64,000 bases of DNA from Octopus sinensis. Lineage: Eukaryota. Numbering within the stretch: the stretch's first letter is position 1; every line of letters starts with the position of its first letter. The notes beneath the pieces were generated by a model. It ran no database searches, was not told where the DNA came from, and worked only from the letters and a program-made list of their open reading frames with translations. The stretch spans positions 1,798,001 to 1,862,000 of the forward strand of contig NC_043007.1 in assembly GCF_006345805.1 (NCBI RefSeq). The letters are read 5' to 3'. This document shows positions 52,759-63,917 of the stretch, in pieces. Made by a program: the position numbers and the translations under genes.

Positions 52759-53011
52759 GGTTTAACAATTAAGGATAATCTCTTAATAAGGGATCTTAAC
52801 AAGAAATTATCGGGTAGCTAGCGTGAAAACCTCATAAAAGAAAAGAATCCGAAAATAATTTTTTTCTTTTGAACAAATTAATTATATCTATATTGTATAA
52901 AGGGCATTATTACACATAAATGCCTCACACTAGGAGGGACAAAGTCATTACTACCAAAAATTATACTAATCATACCCAAATGCAGTTTTTCAAAGCAAGA
53001 CATTTAAAAAT

Positions 53012-53080
53012 GAATTATGTTCTGTATCACCGTGATTTCACATACAACTTGCGTCTAATGATCGTCAGCAGAACTGATTC
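53012..53080 (-). ncRNA. Type I hammerhead ribozyme (array copy 1)
   Basis: Reverse complement of GAATCA GTTCTG CTGACGA [stem II] GAAA TCA CGG TGAT A CAGAAC ATAATTC. Confidence 0.8.
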
Positions 53081-53486
53081 TGAATACATCATAAATAAAC
53101 CAACCTTATGTAGCGAAGACGAACAGACACTGTTCACTCCGGCCAAGCACATGGAATGTTTATAAATCTATATCCGGTAAATGGCGGGCTTTTTACGAAC
53201 TGCATGTCGGGTAATGAAAAGTATTTCGGAATAAGTTTAACAATTAAGGATAATCTCTTAATAAGGGATCTTAACAAGAAATTATCGGGTAGCTAGCGTG
53301 AAAACCTCATAAAAGAAAAGAATCCGAAAATAATTTTTTTCTTTTGAACAAATTAATTATATCTATATTGTATAAAGGGCATTATTACACATAAATGCCT
53401 CACACTAGGAGGGACAAAGTCATTACTACCAAAAATTATACTAATCATACCCAAATGCAGTTTTTCAAAGCAAGACATTTAAAAAT

Positions 53487-53555
53487 GAATTATGTTCTGT
53501 ATCACCGTGATTTCACATACAACTTGCGTCTAATGATCGTCAGCAGAACTGATTC
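53487..53555 (-). ncRNA. Type I hammerhead ribozyme (array copy 2)
   Basis: Same motif as copy 1. Confidence 0.8.
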
Positions 53556-53961
53556 TGAATACATCATAAATAAACCAACCTTATGTAGCGAAGACGAACA
53601 GACAACTGTTCACTCCGGCCAAGCACATGGAATGTTTATAAATCATATATCCGGTAAATGGCGGGCTTTTTACGAACTGCATGTCGGGTAATGAAAAGTA
53701 TTTCGGAATAAGTTTAACAATTAAGGATAATCTCTTAATAAGGGTCTTAACAAGAAATTATCGGGTAGCTAGCGTGAAAACCTCATAAAAGAAAAGAATC
53801 CGAAAATAATTTTTTTCTTTGAACAAATTAATTATATCTATATTGTATAAAGGGCATTATTACACATAAATGCCTCACACTAGGAGGGACAAAGTCATTA
53901 CTACCAAAAATTATACTAATCATACCCAAATGCAGTTTTTCAAAGCAAGACATTTAAAAAT

Positions 53962-54030
53962 GAATTATGTTCTGTATCACCGTGATTTCACATACAACTT
54001 GCGTCTAATGATCGTCAGCAGAACTGATTC
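53962..54030 (-). ncRNA. Type I hammerhead ribozyme (array copy 3)
   Basis: Same motif as copy 1. Confidence 0.8.
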
Positions 54031-54436
54031 TGAATACATCATAAATAAACCAACCTTATGTAGCGAAGACGAACAGACAACTGTTCACTCCGGCCAAGCA
54101 CATGGAATGTTTATAAATCATATATCCGGTAAATGGCGGCTTTTTACGAACTGCATGTCGGGTAATGAAAAGTATTTCGGAATAAGTTTAACAATTAAGG
54201 ATAATCTCTTAATAAGGGATCTTAACAAGAAATTATCGGGTAGCTAGCGTGAAAACCTCATAAAAGAAAAGAATCCGAAAATAATTTTTTTCTTTTGAAC
54301 AAATTAATTATATCTATATTGTATAAAGGGCATTATTACACATAAATGCCTCACACTAGGAGGGACAAAGTCATTACTACCAAAACTTATACTAATCATA
54401 CCCAAATGCAGTTTTTCAAAGCAAGACATTTAAAAT

Positions 54437-54505
54437 GAATTATGTTCTGTATCACCGTGATTTCACATACAACTTGCGTCTAATGATCGTCAGCAGAACT
54501 GATTC
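54437..54505 (-). ncRNA. Type I hammerhead ribozyme (array copy 4)
   Basis: Same motif as copy 1. Confidence 0.8.
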
Positions 54506-54910
54506 TGAATACATCATAAATAAACCAACCTTAGTAGCGAAGACGAACAGACAACTGTTCACTCCGGCCAAGCACATGGAATGTTTATAAATCATATATC
54601 CGGTAAATGGCGGGCTTTTTACGAACTGCATGTCGGGTAATGAAAAGTATTTCGGAATAAGTTTAACAATTAAGGATAATCTCTTAATAAGGGATCTTAA
54701 CAAGAAATTATCGGGTAGCTAGCGTGAAAACCTCATAAAAGAAAAGAATCCGAAAATAATTTTTTTCTTTTGAACAAATTAATTATATCTATATTGTATA
54801 AAGGGCATTATTACACATAAATGCCTCACACTAGGAGGGACAAAGTCATTACTACCAAAATTATACTAATATACCCAAATGCAGTTTTTCAAAGCAAGAC
54901 ATTTAAAAAT

Positions 54911-54979
54911 GAATTATGTTCTGTATCACCGTGATTTCACATACAACTTGCGTCTAATGATCGTCAGCAGAACTGATTC
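54911..54979 (-). ncRNA. Type I hammerhead ribozyme (array copy 5)
   Basis: Same motif as copy 1. Confidence 0.8.
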
Positions 54980-55387
54980 TGAATACATCATAAATAAACC
55001 AACCTTATGTAGCGAAGACGAACAGACAACTGTTCACTCCGGCCAAGCACATGGAATGTTTATAAATCATATATCCGGTAAATGGCGGGCTTTTTACGAA
55101 CTGCATGTCGGGTAATGAAAAGTATTTCGGAATAAGTTTAACAATTAAGGATAATCTCTTAATAAGGGATCTTAACAAGAAATTATCGGGTAGCTAGCGT
55201 GAAAACCTCATAAAAGAAAAGAATCCGAAAATAATTTTTTTCTTTTGAACAAATTAATTATATCTATATTGTATAAAGGGCATTATTACACATAAATGCC
55301 TCACACTAGGAGGGACAAAGTCATTACTACCAAAAATTATACTAATCATACCCAAATGCAGTTTTTCAAAGCAAGACATTTAAAAAT

Positions 55388-55456
55388 GAATTATGTTCTG
55401 TATCACCGTGATTTCACATACAACTTGCGTCTAATGATCGTCAGCAGAACTGATTC
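55388..55456 (-). ncRNA. Type I hammerhead ribozyme (array copy 6)
   Basis: Same motif as copy 1. Confidence 0.8.
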
Positions 55457-55898
55457 TGAATACATCATAAATAAACCAACCTTATGTAGCGAAGACGAAC
55501 AGACAACTGTTCACTCCGGCCAAGCACATGGAATGTTTATAAATCATATATCCGGTAAATGGCGGGCTTTTTACGAACTGCATGTCGGGTAATGAAAAGT
55601 ATTTCGGAATAAGTTTAACAATTAAGGATAATCTCTTAATAAGGGATCTTAACAAGAAATTATCGGGTAGCTAGCGTGAAAACCTCATAAAAGAAAAGAA
55701 TCCGAAAATAATTTTTTTCTTTTGAACAAATTAATTATATCTATATTGTATAAAGGGCATTATTACACATAAATGCCTCACACTAGGAGGGACAAAGTCA
55801 TTACTACCAAAAATTATACTAATCATACCCAAATGCAGTTTTTCAAAGCAAGACATTCGTCTTCGCTACATAAGGTTGGTTTATTTATGATGTATTCA

Positions 55899-55967
55899 GA
55901 ATCAGTTCTGCTGGCGATCATTAGACGCAAGTTGTATGTGAAATCACGGTGATACAGAACATAATTC
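55899..55967 (+). ncRNA. Type I hammerhead with core mutation (CTGGCGA), array copy 7
   Basis: Stems are intact but A6 is replaced by G, so it is probably inactive. Confidence 0.6.
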
Positions 55968-56374
55968 ATTTTTAAATGTCTTGCTTTGAAAAACTGCATT
56001 TGGGTATGATTAGTATAATTTTTGGTAGTAATGACTTTGTCCCTCCTAGTGTGAGGCATTTATGTGTAATAATGCCCTTTATACAATATAGATATAATTA
56101 ATTTGTTCAAAAGAAAAAAATTATTTTCGGATTCTTTTCTTTTATGAGGTTTTCACGCTAGCTACCCGATAATTTCTTGTTAAGATCCCTTATTAAGAGA
56201 TTATCCTTAATTGTTAACTTATTCCGAAATACTTTTCATTACCCGACATGCAGTTCGTAAAAAGCCCGCCATTTACCGGATATATGATTTATAAACATTC
56301 CATGTGCTTGGCCGGAGTGAACAGTTGTCTGTTCGTCTTCGCTACATAAGGTTGGTTTATTTATGATGTATTCA

Positions 56375-56443
56375 GAATCAGTTCTGCTGACGATCATTAG
56401 ACGCAAGTTGTATGTGAAATCACGGTGATACAGAACATAATTC
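56375..56443 (+). ncRNA. Type I hammerhead ribozyme (array copy 8)
   Basis: CTGACGA at 56387; predicted cut after 56430. Confidence 0.8.
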
Positions 56444-56849
56444 ATTTTAAATGTCTTGCTTTGAAAAACTGCATTTGGGTATGATTAGTATAATTTTTGG
56501 TAGTAATGACTTTGTCCCTCCTAGTGTGAGGCATTTATGTGTAATAATGCCCTTTATACAATATAGATATAAATTAATTTGTTCAAAAGAAAAAAATTAT
56601 TTTCGGATTCTTTTCTTTTATGAGGTTTCACGCTAGCTACCCGATAATTTCTTGTTAAGATCCCTTATTAAGAGATTATCCTTAATTGTTAAACTTATTC
56701 CGAAATACTTTTCATTACCCGACATGCAGTTCGTAAAAGCCCGCCATTTACCGGATATATGATTTATAAACATTCCATGTGCTTGGCCGGAGTGAACAGT
56801 TGTCTGTTCGTCTTCGCTACATAAGGTTGGTTTATTTATGATGTATTCA

Positions 56850-56918
56850 GAATCAGTTCTGCTGACGATCATTAGACGCAAGTTGTATGTGAAATCACGG
56901 TGATACAGAACATAATTC
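56850..56918 (+). ncRNA. Type I hammerhead ribozyme (array copy 9)
   Basis: CTGACGA at 56862; predicted cut after 56905. Confidence 0.8.
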
Positions 56919-57326
56919 ATTTTTAAATGTCTTGCTTTGAAAAACTGCATTTGGGTATGATTAGTATAATTTTTGGTAGTAATGACTTTGTCCCTCCTAG
57001 TGTGAGGCATTTATGTGTAATAATGCCCTTTATACAATATAGATATAATTAATTTGTTCAAAAGAAAAAAATTATTTTCGGATTCTTTTCTTTTATGAGG
57101 TTTTCACGCTAGCTACCCGATAATTTCTTGTTAAGATCCCTTATTAAGAGATTATCCTTAATTGTTAAACTTATTCCGAAATACTTTTCATTACCCGACA
57201 TGCAGTTCGTAAAAAGCCCGCCATTTACCGGATATATGATTTATAAACATTCCATGTGCTTGGCCGGAGTGAACAGTTGTCTGTTCGTCTTCGCTACATA
57301 AGGTTGGTTTATTTATGATGTATTCA

Positions 57327-57395
57327 GAATCAGTTCTGCTGACGATCATTAGACGCAAGTTGTATGTGAAATCACGGTGATACAGAACATAATTC
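57327..57395 (+). ncRNA. Type I hammerhead ribozyme (array copy 10)
   Basis: Stem I 57333-57338 with 57383-57388, CTGACGA 57339-57345, GAAA 57368-57371, stem III ATCA/TGAT; predicted cut after 57382. Confidence 0.8.
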
Positions 57396-57800
57396 ATTTT
57401 TAAATGTCTTGCTTTGAAAAACTGCATTTGGGTATGATTAGTATAATTTTTGGTAGTAATGACTTTGTCCCTCCTAGTGTGAGGCATTTATGTGTAATAA
57501 TGCCCTTTATACAATATAGATATAATTAATTTGTTCAAAAGAAAAATTATTTTCGGATTCTTTTCTTTTATGAGGTTTTCACGCTAGCTACCCGATAATT
57601 TCTTGTTAAGATCCCTTATTAAGAGATTATCCTTAATTGTTAAACTTATTCCGAAATACTTTCATTACCCGACATGCAGTTCGTAAAAAGCCCGCCATTT
57701 ACCGGATATATGATTTATAAACATTCCATGTGCTTGGCCGGAGTGAACAGTTGTCTGTTCGTCTTCGCTACATAAGGTTGGTTTATTTATGATGTATTCA

Positions 57801-57869
57801 GAATCAGTTCTGCTGACGATCATTAGACGCAAGTTGTATGTGAAATCACGGTGATACAGAACATAATTC
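57801..57869 (+). ncRNA. Type I hammerhead ribozyme (array copy 11)
   Basis: CTGACGA at 57813; predicted cut after 57856. Confidence 0.8.
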
Positions 57870-57996
57870 ATTTTTAAATGTCTTGCTTTGAAAAACTGCA
57901 TTTGGGTATGATTAGTATAATTTTTGGTAGTAATGACTTTGTCCCTCCTAGTGTGAGGCATTTATGTGTAATAATGCCCTTTATACAATATAGATA

Positions 57997-58004
57997 TATT
58001 TATA

Positions 58005-58045
<41 letters not shown>

Positions 58046-58057
58046 TATATATATATA

Positions 58058-58117
<60 letters not shown>

Positions 58118-58176
58118 TATATATAAAAATATAATATATATATATATAATATATAGATATATATATGAATAATATA

Positions 58177-58216
<40 letters not shown>

Positions 58217-58223
58217 TATATTA

Positions 58224-58267
<44 letters not shown>

Positions 58268-58275
58268 TATATATA

Positions 58276-58332
<57 letters not shown>
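57997..58332. repeat. (TA)n tract, right flank of the ribozyme array
   Basis: Read directly from sequence. Confidence 0.95.
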
Positions 58333-59469
58333 GGTAGATGCCAGTGCCACCTGACTGACAACCTCTCTAGTGCTGGTGCTGTGCTCAGGCATATCCGCTA
58401 GCATTATTAAGTGGTTATTTGTTAGGAAATGCAGTAAGAAATCACAAACCAAAACAAATAAAAGAACGGTTTCCTCAGTCCAGTTAGGACGATAGTAACT
58501 CTGAAGAAGCTTTGACTTTGACCATAACAATGCTTCCAACCCAAGTTGGCTCAAATTGATCAAAGGCATTCTAGCCATGACCAATCCACCTATTTAAAAA
58601 AGGATAATTGCATTTGTTCAATCTGTTCTTTTTTTGAAATGATACAATGCAGTTTGAAAGAGATTTGGGTGCTTTTTCTAGCAAGCGAAGCAACCATCTA
58701 GTGGCTTATTTAAGATGGCATGATCAACCTATGGGCAGCTCATTACAAGTTGTTATATCACACTCAAGGAGATAAGTTGTAAGTCTATATGATATATGTT
58801 CATTATAAGACCAGTTATAAGTTCGTTAGTAATATCTAACATCAAGGTTCAAAATATTAGCAAGGAAAAGCTAAAAAAGAAACAAAAAAAAAGAATAAAC
58901 ATCATTTAAAAAAAAAGATTGAACTTGTGAAATTCTTGGGTGAAGGCAGCTGGGATTGGAGGAATTTTTTTTTTTCTGTTTTATTTCTAACACTTTTAAT
59001 TAATTAATTTATTTAAATTTTGGACAAGGGCACTAACAAATTGTCAGTACTAATGATAGAAATTATTGGCGATCTCTGTGATCATGGGAGTTGAGTGCAA
59101 GTAATTAAATGAAGGTGTTAAAAGAGGTTCTCGTTAACCATATGTTTCTATGTCTAAAAGTCTTGAAGAAAGACCAATTATAGCAACGCTGACATTCTCT
59201 CTCTTGCACACTCTTGGTGTACACGTACAACATACTCTTGCACTTACCTGTGTGTTTGCTAGGTGCACTCGTACACATAAAGCTGATATATTACTCAAGA
59301 AAATTAATTTCATCTCAGTGACTTCTTTTAATTTTCTGTTTGTTGCTAATTTAATTGCACCATTACATTACCGGTATTAGTTTTTAAAGGTTTTCTTTTT
59401 AATCTCTTCCTTACCTTATTTTGTTTATTTTTCAAATAGGGTTTTTCTCTTTTTTCTTTTTACATCATA

Positions 59470-60160
<691 letters not shown>

Positions 60161-60835
60161 GTCTTCATCCCTGTGATTTATTAATATCCCTATATATATA
60201 TATATTTAAAAATATATATATTTGTATCAATCCTTGACAGCTAATTTTATTTATGGCCCAACCAGCCAAAGTTATTTTGCACCAGCATCAGTGTGGCTGT
60301 TGTTGTCAATATCTTACCTCCATCCCTCCTCACTGGTTCACTTGACAGCCAGACACACAGAGCCATGGATATATTTGGGTGTGTGTGTGTGTGTGTGTGC
60401 GTTTGTAGGTTGGTAAGTAAGTAGGTGGATAGGTAGATAGGTTTACTCCAACAAGGAGTAGAAAGCTAAAAAAAGGGAAACTGATCTACTTATGACTGAT
60501 GTCAGTGAAAATTGTCTGTATTGTGCCATGTATTGATTGAGGTGAAAAGTTTCAAGGAAAATGGTTGTTTAATAAAAGAAATAAAACAAAACAGAGATTT
60601 CTTGGGCTATCACTGATCCTTAACCTTAATTTCATTCTTATTAAGTTCCTTTCATTAAGGTTACAGTTCAGTGTATGACATTTTCCAGTCTTAGCTTTAA
60701 CATCTGCCCCCCACCCCAGACTGGAGCAAGGAATCCATTCATTAATCATACTTTTCAGGTTATTTTTTGTTGTTGTTTTGGCTTTGTTGTGTTTTCATCT
60801 TTTTTTTTTTATATCTTTTCTCTATATTATTATGT

Positions 60836-61240
60836 TACTCTCTTTTACTCTTTTACGTGTTTCAGTCATTTGACTGCGGCCATGCTGGAGCACCGCCTTT
60901 AGTCGAGAAAATTGACTCCAGGACTTATTCTTTGTAAGCTTAGTACTTATTCCATCAGTCTCTTTTGCCGAACCGCTAAGTGATGGGGACGTAAACACAC
61001 TAGCATTGATTGTCAAGCGATGTTGGGGGAACAAACACAGACACACAAGCATATACACGCACACACATATATACATATATACGACGGGCTTCTTTCAGTT
61101 TTCGTCTACCAAATCCACTCACAAGGCTTTGGTCGGCCCGAGGCTATAATAGAAGACACTTGCCCAAGGTGCCACACAGTGGGACTGAACCCGGAACCAT
61201 GTGGTTGGTAAGCAAGCTACTTACCACATAGCCACTCCTG
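60836..61240 (-). mobile_element. SINE family C, full-length copy
   Basis: Reverse complement of family C, including the head. Confidence 0.8.
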
Positions 61241-62044
61241 TTCATTGTTTTTATTTTTCATATTTTTTGTTATTTTGTTAATTTTTTTTCCGTGCTGGTT
61301 TGGGTTTAGAGACAGGATTCATAGAGTCATGTGGCTGTCACGGCAAGCTCCTTTAGCTGATCCTGTTAGAAGGCTTTGTTGGCCCTGGGCTGTAATAGAA
61401 GATACTTGTCCAAGCTGCTGCAGTGTGAGAGCAAGCTTCTTAACCATGCAGCTATACCTGTAGTTATATTTAAACAAGATTTTTCCTAATTTTATAATTA
61501 CTAGCACATGGTCTACTGCTTTGCAAACAAAACAGATTATATTCTGTTTGATCAAAATATCAATAAATATATATATTACGAAAGAAGAAGCAAAAAATTC
61601 AACAAATTGTAAAAAAAAACATAAATATTCTTTTTTTACCTTTGTATGCATATAATTATCATCACCATCATCATCATCATCATTCTGTGTTTGACAAGAT
61701 CTGAGCTGGAGGACTGTGCCAGACTCCAGTATCTGCTTTAACATGGTTTCTGTGGCCAGGTGCCTTTCCTAATGCAAACCATTTTACAGAATTTACCTTT
61801 ATCTGTATGTGTGTGTGTATGTTCATTCTTTCATTTGTTCTCTTCTGGTTTTGATTATTTAGATTCTTCCTCTGAGGAAGGAGCTGGTTTCTAACAAAGA
61901 TACAAAGCTCCATCATTGCAATGGTGATAACGAAAACAGTGCCACATTTTAAACTTGAGAAAAGTCTTGCATATATTTACTGTTCCACTCACAGATTGCA
62001 CTTGTAATGTATGAATTAGCCGGTCGATTTCTCTTTCTGAAAAT

Positions 62045-62560
62045 TCCAGTTTATCCAGATTCTCACCAATTATTATTGGATTAGATTTGAATTCATAATC
62101 TGGATGGAGAAGTTGGAGGTTTTGAAGCAGTTGTCCATAGTTATCCTCTTTCTCTTTGATTTTAAAAGAGACATTGGAGAGCTGACTGCTAAGATATTAG
62201 AGAGCTGACCTCTAAGAAAGTACATACTTTTTCTTCTTGTCTGTCCCACACAACAACATCCAACATGTTATGCTTACACTTGACAAATATTTTGATGGGA
62301 ATGTTCCGCCATTATTGCTTGTGTTGTTGTTTATTTATGCATTCGGTAACATGGGGACTCTTTATATTTATTCCAGGACTATCCCTTTTCTGAATGGTAT
62401 TGTATATTGTTTTTAAGATAATGTCATGTCAGATAGAGAGGTATTACTTTGGTGACATTTTGGGCTGTTGCCTATCATGTGTGATGTCTAACACAGAAAT
62501 ATGACATAATCTACATTTTTGCTTGCATCTTAGAACTCCAAGATGGGTGTTGAGAGAGAG
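62045..62560 (-). pseudogene. Decayed non-LTR retrotransposon with CCHC knuckle and restriction-like endonuclease (RLE) domain
   Basis: KKCRLCHISVLDITH...*HDIILKTIYN...W.NIPIK..KCKHNMLDVVVWDRQEEKVCTFLEVS...KEKEDNYGQLLQNLQLLHPDYEFK.NPIIIG matches the CCHC / RHD / PD..E / KxxxY pattern of RLE-type LINEs; stops and frameshifts present. Confidence 0.75.
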
Positions 62561-62684
62561 AGAATCAAGCACAGAATGTAGATAATTAGACTATATCAAT
62601 GGGACCATGAATATCCTTGCCCTTTGTGCTTTGGTATCCATAGCAACTACCTTAAGATAACAATATTTATTGCCCATCCAATTT

Positions 62685-63754
62685 GGCAAGCTGGCAGAAA
62701 CGTTAGCATGCTAGGCGAAATGCTTAGTAGTATTTCGTCTGCCGTTACGTTCTGAGTTCAAATCCTGCCAAGGCCAAGTTTGCCTTTCATCCTTTCAGGG
62801 TCGATCAAATAAGTACCAGTTACGCACTGGGGTTGATGTAATCGACTTAATCCGTTTGTTTGTCCTTGTTTGTCTTCTCTGTGTTTAGCCCCTTGTGTGT
62901 AGTAAAGAAATAGGTATTTCGTCTGCTGCTCCGTTCTGAGTTCAAATTCCGCCGAGATCGACTTTGCCTTTCATCATTTCGGGGGTCGATTAAATAAGTA
63001 CCAGTTACGGACTGGGATGGATATAATCGACTTAATCTGTTTGTCTGTCCTTGTTTGTCTTCTCTGTGTTTAGCCCCTTGTGGGTAGTAAAGAAATAGGT
63101 ATTTCGTCTGCTGCTCCGTTCTGAGTTCAAATTCCGCCGAGATCGACTTTGCCTTTCATCCTTTCGGGGGTCGATTAAATAAGTACCAGTTACAGACTGG
63201 GATGGATATAATCGACTTAATCCGTTTGTCTGTTCTTGTTTGTCTTCTCTGTGTTTAGCCCCTTGTAGGTAGTAAAGAAATAGGTATTTCGTCTGCTGCT
63301 CCGTTCTGAGTTCAGATTCCGCCGAGATCGACTTTGCCTTTCATCCTTTCGGGGTCGATTAGATAAGTACCAGTTACGCACTGGGGTCAATATAATCGAC
63401 TTAATCCGTTTGTCTGTCCTTGTTTGTCCTCTCTGTGTTTAGCCCCTTGTGGGTAGTAAAGAAATAGGTATTTCGTCTGTCTTTATGTTCTGAGTTCAGA
63501 TTCCGCCGAGATCGACTTTGCCTTTCATTCTTTCGGGGTCGATTAGATAAGTACCAGTTACGCACTGGGGTCAATATAATCGACTTAATCCGTTTGTCTG
63601 TCCTTGTTTGTCCTCTCTGTGTTTAGCCCCTTGTGGGCAGTAACGAAATAGGAATTTCGTCTGCTGCTATGTTCTGAGTTCAAATTCCGTCGAGGTCGAC
63701 TTTACCTTTCGTCCTTTCGGGGCTGATAAATTAAGTATCAGTTGTGTACTGGGG
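62685..63754 (+). mobile_element. SINE family A tandem array: one head plus ~5.5 units of 184-185 bp
   Basis: Junction G(G)TATTTCGTC (GGAATTTCGTC in the last) recurs at 62913, 63098, 63283, 63467 and 63651. Confidence 0.88.
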
Positions 63755-63886
63755 CCTTGTGCCTATTGCTCATTCTTCTGTAGTCTTACCTCAGCTGTTT
63801 TCTTCTAGAGAGAAGAAAGAGAACAACAACTGTCTTGACAAAGAGGACTCCATGTTAGCAAATGAAATAAACTATTTTCTTACAGT

Positions 63887-63917
<31 letters not shown>

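Larger units (their letters stand above)
52760..55857 (-). mobile_element. Retrozyme-like tandem array, left arm: ~6.5 copies of a ~477-bp unit, hammerheads on minus strand
   Basis: Unit starts GTTTAACAATTAAGG at 52760, 53235 and onward; spacings are 475-477; copies are near-identical apart from single-base indels. Confidence 0.85.
55858..57996 (+). mobile_element. Retrozyme-like tandem array, right arm: ~4.5 inverted copies, hammerheads on plus strand
   Basis: Reverse complement of the left-arm unit; junction ...AGACATT|CGTCTTCGC; ends in (TA)n. Confidence 0.85.

Noticed and set aside
52920-57961. Repeated 78-125 aa ORF MPHTRRDKV... in each 477-bp unit
   Set aside because: It lies antisense to the ribozyme, has no recognisable motif, and its length changes with single-base indels. 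It is probably incidental, although translation was not tested.
52760-57996. Alternative readings of the array as a CRISPR array, plain satellite or Helitron tandem (TCTATATTGTATAAA and CTAG motifs present)
   Set aside because: There are no unique spacers or cas genes and the context is eukaryotic. The Helitron-like motifs are not at the array ends with a proper terminal hairpin, whereas the complete hammerhead fold is a much more specific signal.
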